Notes: generated from the sequence alone by a model not told the origin. Shown: positions 27,498 to 39,409, counted from the first letter of the stretch. The stretch: 64,000 nucleotides of DNA from an uncultured delta proteobacterium (GCA_963765675.1 CAVXXK010000014.1:144818-208817), one strand, 5' to 3'. Program-made: numbers and translations.

Positions 27498-27690
27498 TTC
27501 GGCCTCGCTCAGGACAGGCTCTCGCGCGGCAGCCGGAGCCTGCCCTGAGCCTGCCGAAGGGCGCGGGAGATGACAATGGGACCTTTCTTAGGAGTGGCGC
27601 GTCGCGACGCGCCCGTCTTCTCTTAGGAGTGGCGCGTCGCGACGCGCCCGTCTTCGCACGCCGATGACCCATCGCAGGATGACGACAACC
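27496..27690. repeat. REP family B copy with a perfect 35-bp tandem duplication
   Basis: Inverted near-identical copy of about 5479-5601; tcttaggagtggcgcgtcgcgacgcgcccgtcttc at 27586-27620 and 27621-27655; ends with caggatgacgaca. Confidence 0.85.
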
Positions 27691-28431
27691 TAGGATTTGT
27701 TTCTGCGGTTGTCATTTCCCCGCGTGGCTGCCGCCGCGCGAGGAGGAAGAAGTCAGTTGAGCGACGCGCAGACAGCCGAACCGATCACGTAATGGTATAA
27801 GTCCTCCTCCCTAACTGAAAAGCGATCTGACTGCTTCAAACAACGGCGACGGCGTAGAGGCTAGGGCATCTCTATTTACGAAAACATCGCCATTATAAGT
27901 TGACACCAAGCCATGAACCTTGACGAACACCTCATGCCCCTGAGTCATCGCACGGCTAACTGAAAGAGCATCTCCGAGTTGGGACCGCAGATCACGTTGT
28001 ACTTATAGCAAATCATTCTTTGAATTGGTCGCCACTAGGTCGGTATCTCAACACCTTCAGGAATTCCGAGAGTTCTTCGAGCACGGAATTGACGGAGCTC
28101 CCCTCTCGCACCTTGAGAAAAGGATAGACTTGAGAGTGTTCCGACGCGCTGCTCAGCCAGATGTCACCGTCTGTCGGTGCGCGGCGATCGAAATCTCGAA
28201 CCCGGATTGTAACCACTTTCTCGGTATCGGAGGAGATGAAACCCAGAATCCTCCCCCAAAGTTCGACCGACGAGGAAACAAAGGGTCGATATTTGGGTGC
28301 GCCGGCAAATTATCCGAGCCTGCACCTCAGCGAACTTTTTCTTCACATCCCATCGCCACAACGCCCTCCTGTAGACTAATCTGATGGCGACGGGTCTGTC
28401 AAGCCGGTCGATTCGAGAATTCCAAAGCCAA

Positions 28432-29460
<1,029 letters not shown>

Positions 29461-29520
29461 CGGGGTTCCTCCTCGCAAGGCGAATGGTCGCGAGCCAGCA
29501 CAGTCAACCTCAGTCCGCCA

Positions 29521-29556
29521 GAAAATGAAAAGCCCCGCGCATGATGCGCGAGGCTT
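29521..29556 (-). terminator. Intrinsic terminator after rpmA
   Basis: Minus-strand aagcctcgcgc-atcat-gcgcggggctt followed by a T-rich tract. Confidence 0.7.
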
Positions 29557-29581
29557 CTCGAATCTTCGATTCTTGCGGCAG

Positions 29582-29861
29582 CTAAACGCGAAGGCTGCTC
29601 AGACTGCGCGGGATGCGGCTCGACGCTGACCTGGCGCTTTTCGCCCTTGGGCTCGTACTTCGTGACGCCGTCGATCTTGGCGTAGATCGTGTAGTCGCGG
29701 CCCATCCCGACGTTGCGCCCCGGATGAATCCGCGTGCCGCACTGGCGCACGAGAATATTGCCGGCCTTCACGGTCTGTCCGGCGTAAATTTTGATTCCGC
29801 GACGCTGGCCCGGGCTGTCGCGGCCGTTGCGCGTGGAACCTTGTCCTTTTTTGTGCGCCAC
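29582..29861 (-). CDS. rpmA: 50S ribosomal protein L27; probable +1 error near the 3' end
   Basis: [16 protein letters not shown]...GNILVRQ. The called ORF reads through a terminator; removing one base gives a TAG at 29582-29584. Confidence 0.93.
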
Positions 29862-29924
29862 GGCGTTCTCCTTTCAAGAAAGCGGCGCCCGAGGCGCCGC
29901 GAGTTTGATTACAAATCAGACGGG

Positions 29925-30239
29925 CTATGCGCCCGCGGAAATTTCCTCGATCTTGAGGACGGTCAGTTCCTGGCGATGTCCGCGCTTGCGCCGGTAGTTC
30001 TTGCGCCGCTTCTTCTTGAACACGATCACCTTGGTGCCCCGCGGTTGCTGCACGATCTTCGCGCGAACCGCCGCTCCCGCGATCGTCGGAGTGCCGACCT
30101 GAGGAGCGTCGCCGCCGAGCGCGAGCACGTCGGTCAAAGAAATCTGCGCGCCGACATCGCCCTCGAGCCGTTCGACGACGATCTGGTCGCCGACCCCGAC
30201 GCGGTACTGTTTTCCGCCAGTCTTTAAGATTGCAAACAT
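29925..30239 (-). CDS. rplU: 50S ribosomal protein L21
   Basis: [14 protein letters not shown]...[16 protein letters not shown]. Confidence 0.97.
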   Translation of the reverse strand: MFAILKTGGKQYRVGVGDQIVVERLEGDVGAQISLTDVLALGGDAPQVGTPTIAGAAVRAKIVQQPRGTKVIVFKKKRRKNYRRKRGHRQELTVLKIEEISAGA

Positions 30240-30260
30240 GCTTGTGCCAGAACCGTCTTA

Positions 30261-30287
30261 ATTATCGGACCGCCCCCAGCCTGTCAA
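30261..30287 (-). promoter_or_regulatory. Possible sigma70 promoter of rplU
   Basis: TTGACA-N15-GATAAT; the spacer is short. Confidence 0.4.
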
Positions 30288-30326
30288 CGTATCGACGGGT
30301 CCGAGCGCGAGAGAGATTACGCCAAC

Positions 30327-30866
30327 TCAGTCGAGCCCCAAGCGTTCGCGGCCTTCGGGCGAGATCATTTGCGGGGTCCACGGCGGATCCCACACCAGAT
30401 CGACGTCGGCTTCGGAGACTCCCGGCAGAGTCATCAGCTTGTTCTTCGCGTCGTAGGCGATCGATGCGCCCATGCCGCAGCCTTGCGCGGTCAGCGTCAT
30501 CTTCACTTCGACTTTGCGCGTGCCGTCGGGCTGGTCTTTGACTTCCATCCCATAGACCAACCCAAGGTCAACAATATTGACCGGGATCTCCGGATCGAAG
30601 CAGGTCTTGAGCTGATCCCAGACCATCGATTCGAGATCGCTGCCCCCGCCCGCCTGCGCACCACCCGCATCAGTGGGAGTCTTGCCGATAGCGTCGGCGT
30701 CTTTGCCCGCGATACGAAAAAGTCCGCCATGAGCAGGCACCTGGACGGTGAACGTCCCGCCGAGCGACTGGGTGATATAGGCCTCGATACCTTTTTCGAG
30801 CGTGGTCTTGATGCCGGCCGGAATCTGCACTGCCTCGACATCACGCGCAATCAGAACTGGTTCCAT
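30327..30866 (-). CDS. sufT: Fe-S cluster assembly protein SufT (DUF59)
   Basis: ITQSLGGTFTV, CFDPEIPVNIVDLGLVY, MTLTAQGCGMG, VWDPPW. Confidence 0.9.
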   Translation of the reverse strand: MEPVLIARDVEAVQIPAGIKTTLEKGIEAYITQSLGGTFTVQVPAHGGLFRIAGKDADAIGKTPTDAGGAQAGGGSDLESMVWDQLKTCFDPEIPVNIVDLGLVYGMEVKDQPDGTRKVEVKMTLTAQGCGMGASIAYDAKNKLMTLPGVSEADVDLVWDPPWTPQMISPEGRERLGLD

Positions 30867-31020
30867 CGATAATTTCCTCTTGGTTTGAAATTCAATTGTA
30901 GACCGCTCGTCCCGTCGGCGCCACTCGCGATGGCTGATTGACGCTTCGCGTCGCCGGCGAGCCGCCGGCCACCACTGGCAGATGAGGGATATCGATTTTC
31001 TTGCAAGCACACCGATTGCA

Positions 31021-31152
31021 GTCATCCTGAGCCGCAGGCGAAGGATATCCGCGAAGCGATTAGTGCAACCAATCTGGGCTATCTGCACGAATCGCCACGC
31101 GGAGATCCTTCACGGAGCCTGCCCTGAGCTGCGCCGAATGGTTCAGGATCAC
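31021..31152. repeat. REP family A, full copy with a nested family B fragment
   Basis: gtcatcctga...gaaggatatccgcgaagcgattagtgca...tgcacgaatcgccacgcggagatccttc...tcaggatcac. Confidence 0.85.
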
Positions 31153-31620
31153 GGAAGGAGTCAGGATGCGGTGGTCGGACTTGCCGAAGCCTCTTGTCTG
31201 CCAGTGGCGGCCGGCGGCTCGCCGGCTACGCGAAGCGTCAATTCTCGAATGTCCGACAGGCAGGGCCGAATAGCAGGTTTTCTGAATTTTACAAGGCTGA
31301 GCAGTTCAGCCTTGTTTTCACCATCCGTCCTTGCAGAATAGAAGGCACGGAGATGCCGCAAGAGCGGCAAGGCGTCCTGTAGCCATTAATCACGGCAAAC
31401 GAAGAAAAGGCGGAAGAAGATTACGAAGCCACTTCATCAACCGGATTAACCAGCATTTATGCCAACAATCCGAAACTCAACGATCGGAAACTCCCTGAAC
31501 GAACCCATGCGCCTAACGGTGTTCTATCAGCCTTACGCGGCCATGAACCTTCGATGCATTGCCGTTCCGGCTCTCGCGATGCTAAAGCGAAGATGCGACG
31601 AAGGTGATGAGGCAGGGTGG

Positions 31621-33523
31621 ATGCAGGAATCTCGCACACCAGAAATAATATCGGAGGCGCCGGAACCGCCTCCGGCCGGAGATCCGCACGCGACCGTCCG
31701 GGAAAAGCTCTACGCGTTCCTTGAGTCGCATCCCGGCGGCGCCGACGCGAACGAGCTCGCGGGGCTGCTGCTCAAGGGACTCTCTGCCGACACTGAACTG
31801 GGAGCGCAGCTTGTCTATCGACTGCTTGGCGGCGATCCGAATTTTTCTTTCGACGCCGCCACTGCGATGTGGTCGCTCAAGTCGAGCGACGGTTACCGCG
31901 TCGCGCTCGACGACGCGCAATTCACTGTCGTTGATCTCGAGACTACGGGGGGCCGCGCGGGACCCGGCACGATTATCGAGATCGGCGCTTACCGGATGAT
32001 CGGGCGGCGGCTGGTCGATTCTTTTTCGAGCCTGGTCCGTCCGCAGGGCTTCATCCCGCGCTTCGTGACCGGTCTTACGTCGATCACGAATGAGATGGTC
32101 GCGTCCGCGCCGCCGATCGAGCGTGTGCTGCCGGAGTTCCGCGGGTTTATGGGCGACTCGGTGATGGTCGCGCACAACGCCGCGTTCGATCGCGGATTTC
32201 TGGACTTCGAGTACCGCCGAATTTTCGGAATCGGGCTGCGCAATCCTGTCCTGTGCACGCTCCGGATGTCGCGGCGCTACGTGCCATCGCTGCGCCGTCG
32301 CCGGCTCGATTCGCTCGCGGAGCATTTCGGCCTTTCGACCGACGGGCGTCATCGCGGACTCGGCGACGCGCGGATGGCGGCGGAGATTCTTTCGATCTTC
32401 CTCGAGATTGCGGCGAAGATGGGCATCACGCGGCTGGATCGCCTGCTCGACGATCACGGGCGCGGGCTCTCCGGCCGCCGCTTCGAGCGCCACGTGCCTG
32501 CGGAAGAGATCGCGAAGCTGCCGCATACTCCCGGGGTGTACCTGATGCGCAATGCGCGCGGCGATATTCTCTATATCGGCAAGGCGCGCCGCCTGCGCGA
32601 CCGCGTGAGCTCCTATTTCAACTCGGCGGTGAACGCGAAGACCGCGGAGCTCGTCAGCCACGTTTACAAGATCGACACCCAACTCACCGCGTCGGCTCTG
32701 GAAGCCGCTCTGCTCGAAGCGCGGCTGATTCGCGAGCTCAAGCCGACCTACAACAGGATGCTCAAATCCGCCGCGCCGGCGTATTTCATCAAGCTCGATA
32801 TGATGGACGATTTTCCGCGTATCGTCCTGACCACGAAGATGACCGCGCGCCCGGGCGTGATGCATCTCGGCCCGTTCATCGGGCGAAAAAGCCTGGACGG
32901 TTCGGTGCGCGCGCTCGCGCGGATTCTCGGTCTGCGCACCTGCTCCGGCAAGCTGCGCCCCGACGAGGATTTCTCGCCCTGCGTGTACGGCCAGATGGGC
33001 CACTGCGCCGCGCCGTGCAACGCGAGTATCGATGAAGACGGCTATGCCGGACGGGTGCACAAGGCGATAGGCTTTCTGCGCGGACGAAGCGGCGCGCTTG
33101 CTCGGCGACCTCGCGCGCGCCCGCGACGACGCCGCCAAAGCGCTGCGCTACGAGGAAGCGGCGCGGATGCGGCGCGAGCTGGAAGCGCTCGCCACGCTGG
33201 CGAATCGCGCGTCGCGGCTTAGCCAGGTCGTGACCGAGAACAACCTGGTGATTATCACCGGAGAAGATGGCGCGCGCACCGCGCACGTGGTGCTGGCCGG
33301 GCGCCTCGCGATGACGCTGCCGCTCGATTCGCCGGACGCGGCGCGCGAAATCTGCGCGTTCATAGCGGATAATTACGATCGTTATCGCGCTCGGCCGATC
33401 ATTCGCGGCGAGCTCGAAGCGATGACGATCATCGCACGATGGCTCCACGAGCGGACGCCCGACGAAGGCCGCCTGGTCTATCTAACCGGCGCGCAGCTCG
33501 ATCCGGCCGCGCTCAGCGGATGA
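31621..33523 (+). CDS. DEDDh 3'-5' exonuclease fused to a UvrC/Cho-type GIY-YIG nuclease, +1 frameshift near 33098
   Basis: VDLETTG, AHNAAFD, HRGLGDA; PGVYLM...YIGKA...RVSSYF; UVR motif ALRYEEAARMR in the next frame. Confidence 0.85.
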
Positions 33524-33568
33524 GCATGTTTGCGCGCGCTATCTCTGAAAGTATAAAATCAGATAATT

Positions 33569-33679
33569 ATGAAACGGCGTCTTATCGGGAAGTCACGAAT
33601 CAGCGCGACGAACGCCTCTCGCAACTTTTCAGATTTGCTCAACCGCGTGCGGTCGATTTCTCGCAAATGCTCCCAGTAG
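33569..33679 (+). pseudogene. Truncated Phd/YefM antitoxin remnant
   Basis: MKRRLIGKSRISATNASRNFSDLLNRVR... stops immediately before a REP A copy; no toxin follows. Confidence 0.6.
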
Positions 33680-33797
33680 GTCATCCTGAGCCGCCGGCGA
33701 AGGATCTCCGCGAAGCGATTAGTGCGAAGGGCCCATGTCGGTTGCACTAATCGCTTCGCGGAGATCCTTCACTTCGGCAACCTCCGTTCAGGATGAC
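33680..33797. repeat. REP family A, best-preserved copy
   Basis: Terminal gtcatcctga/tcaggatgac plus a perfect 27-bp inverted repeat at 33699-33725 / 33744-33770. Confidence 0.92.
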
Positions 33798-33880
33798 GGA
33801 CAAGGATTCGGCATTTATCGGCAGCCTCTTGTCCAAGGACACGGCCCACCAGTTATGGAACGCTCTCCATCCGGGAGAGC

Positions 33881-34594
33881 TCAGCCCTTCAGATTCTCCG
33901 CGAACAGCGCGAGCGTGTGTGCCCACGCGTCCTTTGCTGCTGCCGCGTTGTACACGTCGGGGCGCGTGTCGTTGAAAAATCCGTGAGAGCAATCCGGATA
34001 GATCTTCACCTCGCCTTTCTTACCGTACTTCTTGAGATCGGCGGCGAGACGATCAACGTCCTTGCGCTGGATCCATCCGTCGTTCGCGTCGTAGGCATAG
34101 AAGATTGGGCATCCAAGCTTCGCGATCTTGTCGTCCGGCGGAATCTCGCCGTAGAAGGGCGCGGTCGCGGCGAGCTCGCTCGATTCGCACGGCAGCAGCA
34201 TCGCGTAGCTTCCGCCCATGCAGTAGCCGGTGATCCCGATGCGGCTGGTATGCGTTCGCTTCTGCGCGCGGATCCATCCGAGCGACGCCTTCAGGTCCGC
34301 GATGCCGTCGTCCATCTTGAGTCCGCCCATCAACTGCGCCGCGGTATTCGCGTCGCTCGCGACCTTGTGTCCCTGGCGCGAGTAAAGGTCGGGCGCGACC
34401 GCGACGTAGCCCTCGCGTGCGAAGCGCCGCGCGATCTCTTTGATGTTGCCGTTGAGCCCCCACCATTCCTGCACCACGATTACCGCCGGGCAGGGCGCGC
34501 CATCAGACGGCTCCGCGCTGAATGCGTTGATCGTGCACGCAGGCCCCGCAAAACTGACTTCGTGTTCGATAATTTGCGCATCCGCCATCGTCAT
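33881..34594 (-). CDS. Dienelactone hydrolase family protein
   Basis: QEWWGLN, GYCMGG nucleophile Cys, HGFFND. Confidence 0.92.
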   Translation of the reverse strand: MTMADAQIIEHEVSFAGPACTINAFSAEPSDGAPCPAVIVVQEWWGLNGNIKEIARRFAREGYVAVAPDLYSRQGHKVASDANTAAQLMGGLKMDDGIADLKASLGWIRAQKRTHTSRIGITGYCMGGSYAMLLPCESSELAATAPFYGEIPPDDKIAKLGCPIFYAYDANDGWIQRKDVDRLAADLKKYGKKGEVKIYPDCSHGFFNDTRPDVYNAAAAKDAWAHTLALFAENLKG

Positions 34595-34642
34595 GAACCT
34601 CGAATGCGGCGGGCCTCATCCCCGCCGGTTCAACTGTGCGAT

Positions 34643-35542
34643 CTATTCGGCCACGTTGACCGGGATAAACCCGATCGATTTGTTGCGCAACCTGATCTGC
34701 AGAAAATTTCCGGTGATGCCGATAACGTGCACGTACTTTCTGCGCTTCACCTGCGCGATGACGGCGCTGGTTTCGTCGGGATTCTGATACACCGCCGAGT
34801 TCTTGGTCAGCAGGAAGAGCTTGTTGAGCGGCTTGATCACCGGCGCAGCGGATGCGCCCGCCGCCGGAGACGGCTGAGCCGCGGCAGTAGGCTCGTCGGC
34901 GGAAACCGCGACGCCGGAACTCTCGGCGACGACCTTGGGATCGATCGCGCGCGCCGCGGCCATCTCGGCCTCGCCTTCGCTCTGGCGGCCCGGCTCACTC
35001 TCGAGCAGGTTGGCGAGCGCGAGATGCGCTTCCGCGTCGCGCGGGTTGAGACCGAGCGCGGTGCGAATCGCGGATTCGGCATCGACCGGACGTCCTTCCT
35101 TGCGCAGCGTGTTTGCCAACTGGAGGTAGTAATTTCCGCGCGAGGGATCGAGCGCGATCGCGGCGCGATATTGTCCTTCGGCGAGTCGGTCCTGTTCCTG
35201 ATCGAGGTAGAGATTGCCGAGCGCGACATGCGCGGCGGGATTCTTGGGATCGAGTTCGATCACTTTCATGAACTCGACCTGCGCGGGACCGGGCTTATGC
35301 TCGAAAACGTACAGATTGCCCATCGCGACGTGCACGCGCGGGTCGTTGGGCGCGAGCTTCTCGGCGTCGGCGTAGTCTTTCTCCGCGTCGGGAATCTTGT
35401 TGTTCTGCATCGCGGTGTCGCCCGCCTGCAGATAGTCATCCACGCCTTTGTGGCTGCATCCCGCAGCGAGGACTATCGCCAGTGCGGCGGCGCCGAACGC
35501 AGCGCCGCATCGCAGGATCAGATCGTGATGATGTTTCCGCAT
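34643..35542 (-). CDS. TPR-repeat lipoprotein with C-terminal SH3b-like domain
   Basis: Lipobox LAAGC; repeated ..IELDP..A.AH.ALG.LY pattern; C-terminal ...VIGITGNFLQI...GFIP. Confidence 0.8.
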   Translation of the reverse strand: MRKHHHDLILRCGAAFGAAALAIVLAAGCSHKGVDDYLQAGDTAMQNNKIPDAEKDYADAEKLAPNDPRVHVAMGNLYVFEHKPGPAQVEFMKVIELDPKNPAAHVALGNLYLDQEQDRLAEGQYRAAIALDPSRGNYYLQLANTLRKEGRPVDAESAIRTALGLNPRDAEAHLALANLLESEPGRQSEGEAEMAAARAIDPKVVAESSGVAVSADEPTAAAQPSPAAGASAAPVIKPLNKLFLLTKNSAVYQNPDETSAVIAQVKRRKYVHVIGITGNFLQIRLRNKSIGFIPVNVAE

Positions 35543-35819
35543 CGCCAGGTTCCCCCTCCTCCATCAAAGTGCGGCACGCCGCATCGCGCACCTCGCCGCA
35601 CGGCTCCTCGAATAAGTTGAGACTCGTTCGTAAATGCTGTCAAGTGAGAAGCTTTTTGCTCTGCGGCGTGCAAATCGTCTCGCGCTGCGCGCATCGCGAG
35701 GAATCTCGCCAGCCGCATGAGCAGCCATGGAATCGGTTACGCGAACGTCTCCGGAAGAGGGCGGCCCATGGGTGAGGGTGCTGCAAGTGCGACGTACTCG
35801 GGCGATGTCGCCGCGGATG

Positions 35820-37793
35820 TTACTTGCGCCAACGCTTCTGGAACACCACGTTGCCCTCCATCTCGATCTGTCCGGTCAGTGACATTCCATCCTGACCAAT
35901 CCAGCTCGTGGTTTTCACGACCACCTTGCCAATTGACGGCAACGTAAGCGCTATCGTTGTATTTGCGTCAACTGCGGCTCCCTCGGGATGCGCATCGGCT
36001 ACGCAGGCACGCGCGATGTGATCCATCTCGAACGAGCCGCCATTGATCATGTTGCTCACCTGATGTGAACCGGTGATCACGCTGGTGCGGCCGGTCGCAA
36101 GATCGCGCTCGATCGTCCATCGCGGCGTCATCGCGACGGCGAGCGGCGAGCGATTGATCGTCGTATCGGGCCGGTTCATTTGAACGTGGTTGTTGTTTTC
36201 TTTGGACGGCGGCGCGATCGGGATCCTCACATGGGAGCCACGCCGGCCCCCCGCATAGACGCGAATCACCGGATTGGTTCGGGTCGGAAAGATGCGCGGA
36301 AAATCCGAGCAGGAAATGCTCACGCGCAGCCGATGCCGTCGCGCGACCATGTACGACGTCGCCACCAGCGCAACCCGCATATCGATGATCTGGCCCGTGG
36401 GCACCGGCTCGGGAATCTCGAGCGAATTACGATACGCCGCCTTGAGCCATCCGGTGCTGATCAACGACGAACTGCCATCCGGCGCGACGTCACATAGCTT
36501 CACGACCAGGTTTACGTCGTCTCCGCTCTCGACCGCGATCTTGACCAACGCCTCGGCCGATCCACTTATCTCGAGGTCGGACTGCAGCGGCCCGCTGGTA
36601 AAGGCCACGGACGCGAGATCGTCGTGATTCTGATCGAGCGGCAGACCAATGCCGAGCGCGGTCGGATCCCACAAACCGGCATGCGTGCCGACCGACGGCT
36701 GCGCTTCGTAACGCTCGCTGGTCTCGTCGCCGGCAGGGTCGGTGCTCAGGTTTTGCTTCGCGCCCAGGTAATAGTTGCTGAAAGTGGTTCGCGGGACCGG
36801 CCATTTCCGCTCGCTGCGCCATCGATTGGCGCTGCCCTGTATGAAGTAGGTGACTGCGGGCTCGCGATCGATTCCGTTGTCCTGATTCTTCAGCCAGCGG
36901 TCGAAGAACCGCAACATCTCGGGCAGATAGTCAACCGGCTCATGAGGTGAAAGGTCGGGCAACGAGTGCATCCACGGTCCCATCAGAAGTTTCTTGTTTG
37001 CGCTCCCAAGCTGCTCATACACGCGGGTCATCGCTTCCGGAAAGATGTCGCGCCATCCGCCGATCACAAACGCGGGAATTTTGATTTGAGAACAATCAAC
37101 CGCGCGCGACTGCCAGTACTCATCGTGCGAAGCATGATCCTGCCACGGAAAGATGTACGGTAACGCGTGCTCGATACGCTGTTGCCAAACTCTGTACCAT
37201 CGGCCCGCCGGATCGACCAGCGTCGGCGGCATCAGGTTCATCGCGAGCATGAACGATCCCCAGGCACCAAAGGACGGCAGACAACTCAGGCATCCTCCCG
37301 AGTAGAGAAAGTCAACGTAGATGTCGTTGGTGCCCATGATCGGCACGATCGCCTTGAGATGCGGCGGCTGCTCAAATGCGACCTTCAATGACGAGATGCC
37401 TCCGTATGACATGCCGAACATCCCGACATTGCCGTCGCACCATGACTGTGCCGCGATCCATTCGACCGCCTCGGCGCCGTCGCGCCCCTCGCCGCGATCC
37501 ATCGCCTCATGAACAATTCCGTCAGAGCTGCCCAGTCCGCGAAAATCGATCAGCAGGACGGCGTAACCGCGCGCCGCGAAATAGCGGCGCGGAAATTCAT
37601 TCGCCGCTCCGATCAGGTCGTCCTTGTGATAGGGGTAAAAGCTGAGCAGCGCTGGAAATGCGCCGGTTGCGTCGGGGCGATACAGATCCGCAGCCAATGT
37701 CGAGCCGTCGTGCAGCGGAATCAAAACGTTGCGATCGACTTTGACCTGATACTTCTCATCTTTCATTCGTCTGTCCTCGATCTCCAGCACCAT
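35820..37793 (-). CDS. CocE/NonD family serine hydrolase
   Basis: LAADLYRP, RGLGSSDG, GMSYGG, GPWMH, PepX_C-like C-terminal region. Confidence 0.92.
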   Translation of the reverse strand: MVLEIEDRRMKDEKYQVKVDRNVLIPLHDGSTLAADLYRPDATGAFPALLSFYPYHKDDLIGAANEFPRRYFAARGYAVLLIDFRGLGSSDGIVHEAMDRGEGRDGAEAVEWIAAQSWCDGNVGMFGMSYGGISSLKVAFEQPPHLKAIVPIMGTNDIYVDFLYSGGCLSCLPSFGAWGSFMLAMNLMPPTLVDPAGRWYRVWQQRIEHALPYIFPWQDHASHDEYWQSRAVDCSQIKIPAFVIGGWRDIFPEAMTRVYEQLGSANKKLLMGPWMHSLPDLSPHEPVDYLPEMLRFFDRWLKNQDNGIDREPAVTYFIQGSANRWRSERKWPVPRTTFSNYYLGAKQNLSTDPAGDETSERYEAQPSVGTHAGLWDPTALGIGLPLDQNHDDLASVAFTSGPLQSDLEISGSAEALVKIAVESGDDVNLVVKLCDVAPDGSSSLISTGWLKAAYRNSLEIPEPVPTGQIIDMRVALVATSYMVARRHRLRVSISCSDFPRIFPTRTNPVIRVYAGGRRGSHVRIPIAPPSKENNNHVQMNRPDTTINRSPLAVAMTPRWTIERDLATGRTSVITGSHQVSNMINGGSFEMDHIARACVADAHPEGAAVDANTTIALTLPSIGKVVVKTTSWIGQDGMSLTGQIEMEGNVVFQKRWRK

Positions 37794-37957
37794 GTCCAGG
37801 GCCGAGCTTCTATCTTGCGGTTCATATCGTCAAGGAAAATCGACAATTGTTGCTCCTCGAACTTGAAGGACGAATAGCTGAATCTCGCTCTGCCAGCAGA
37901 TGTGCGTGATGTCACCGCGGTTTCCGTTATTCGGCGGGTCCGTTATAGAGTGTCGCC

Positions 37958-38608
37958 GTGCGTGTGATTCTGATTGCAGCCAAAGAGCTTGGCCTGGCCA
38001 AGACCCGGCTCGGTTCGGCGATGCCCGAAGACGAGCGCGAAGCCTTGGCCGAAGCAATGTATCGCGACGTGCTGGCGGCGGCGCTCGGCTCGCATCAGGC
38101 GGAGATGGTCGCAGTCGTGAGCTCGGACCGCCGCTTGCTCGAGATTGCGCGCGGAGCAGGGGCGATGCCGATCGATGAGGGCTACGCGCGCGGACTCAAC
38201 GTCGCGGTGGCGATGGCGACAGGCGTCCTTGCCGAGCATGGCGCCACCACGCTTTGCACGCTCCTGTCCGATATTCCGATGATCACGGCCGCCGATATCG
38301 ACGCGGTATTCGGCGCGATGGAAATAGAGCCGGGACCGGGCGTGGTGCTGGTGCCCTCGCGCGATTTCAGCGGCACCAATGTGATCGCGCGCTCTCCGGC
38401 CGGAATCATTGCTACCCGGTTCGGACGCCAGAGTCTGGCGAAGCATCTGGATGATTGCCGCGCGCGCGCGGTGCCGTGCCAGGTCCTAAGGCTTGCGCGG
38501 CCTGCGCTTGATCTGGATCTTGTAAACGACCTCTATGAATTTGTACGCTCGGCTTCGACGACCCACACCCTGAACCAGCTCTCCCGCCTGGGAATTGCGC
38601 ATCATTGA
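37958..38608 (+). CDS. cofC: 2-phospho-L-lactate / PEP guanylyltransferase (F420 biosynthesis)
   Basis: AKTRL...AMYRDVL...GLNVAV...SDIP...GTN...FG..SL..H...DLD...DL. Confidence 0.85.
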   Translation: MRVILIAAKELGLAKTRLGSAMPEDEREALAEAMYRDVLAAALGSHQAEMVAVVSSDRRLLEIARGAGAMPIDEGYARGLNVAVAMATGVLAEHGATTLCTLLSDIPMITAADIDAVFGAMEIEPGPGVVLVPSRDFSGTNVIARSPAGIIATRFGRQSLAKHLDDCRARAVPCQVLRLARPALDLDLVNDLYEFVRSASTTHTLNQLSRLGIAHH

Positions 38609-38647
38609 ATCCGAACTCCTTCGCCAACGGATATAGCGGCAGTGGAA

Positions 38648-39409
38648 ATGATTGAGCAGCTAGGCGCATCCATACTCGACGGTATTGTTGCGCTCGGAAA
38701 TTTCGTCCTGTTCCTGTTCTATTCAATCGTCTATGTGGTCGTGCCGCCCTACAAGGCGCGCCTCGCGATCCGCCAGATTCGGATTATCGGCGCCGATTCG
38801 CTGCTCCTGATTCTATTGATCGGCGCATTCACCGGGATGGTGCTGGGACTGCAGGGATACACCACCTTGCGCCGCTTCGGCTCCGAGGGCGCGCTCGGCA
38901 CCGTGGTCGCGCTGACGATAGTGCGCGAGCTCGGCCCGGTCCTGGCCGCGCTGATGATCGCGGCGCGCGCGGGCTCCGCGATGGCCGCCGAGCTGGGCTC
39001 GATGCAATCGACCGAGCAGGTCGATGCGCTCACGGTCATGGCGATCAACCCAGTGCAGTACCTCGTATCGCCGCGGATGATCGCGGGCATAGTCAGCTTT
39101 CCGCTGCTGACTACGATCTTCGACGTGATCGGAATCTGGGGCGGATGGCTGGTGGGATGCGGCCTGATGGGTGCGCCGTCGGGCGACTACTTCAACGGAA
39201 TCGCGTCGCAGATGGGCTCGCACGATATCGCGCTTGGTCTGTACAAGGCGCTCACCTTCGGGGTCATCGTGATGTGGGTGTCGTGCTACAAAGGCTACCA
39301 CGCGCAGCGGATGGCGACCGGGGTCAGCCGCGCAACCACAGAGGCGGTGGTGCTGTCGAGCGTTTTAATCCTCGCGGCCGACTATATCCTTGGAGCGCTT
39401 CTTCTGTAA
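38648..39409 (+). CDS. mlaE: MlaE ABC permease
   Basis: RELGPVLAALMIAARAGSAMAAELGSMQSTEQVDAL. Confidence 0.93.
   Translation: MIEQLGASILDGIVALGNFVLFLFYSIVYVVVPPYKARLAIRQIRIIGADSLLLILLIGAFTGMVLGLQGYTTLRRFGSEGALGTVVALTIVRELGPVLAALMIAARAGSAMAAELGSMQSTEQVDALTVMAINPVQYLVSPRMIAGIVSFPLLTTIFDVIGIWGGWLVGCGLMGAPSGDYFNGIASQMGSHDIALGLYKALTFGVIVMWVSCYKGYHAQRMATGVSRATTEAVVLSSVLILAADYILGALLL

Noticed and set aside
27586-27655. 35-bp palindromic direct repeat as a CRISPR array
   Set aside because: Only two abutting units, no spacer and no cas genes; it is part of a REP block.
27700-28400. Intact gene in the AT-richer segment
   Set aside because: Only short broken ORFs without recognisable motifs; probably decayed foreign DNA.
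31380-31460. tmRNA-like tag start (gcaaacgaagaa, ANEE)
   Set aside because: No hydrophobic ALAA-type end with a stop, and no tRNA-like termini.
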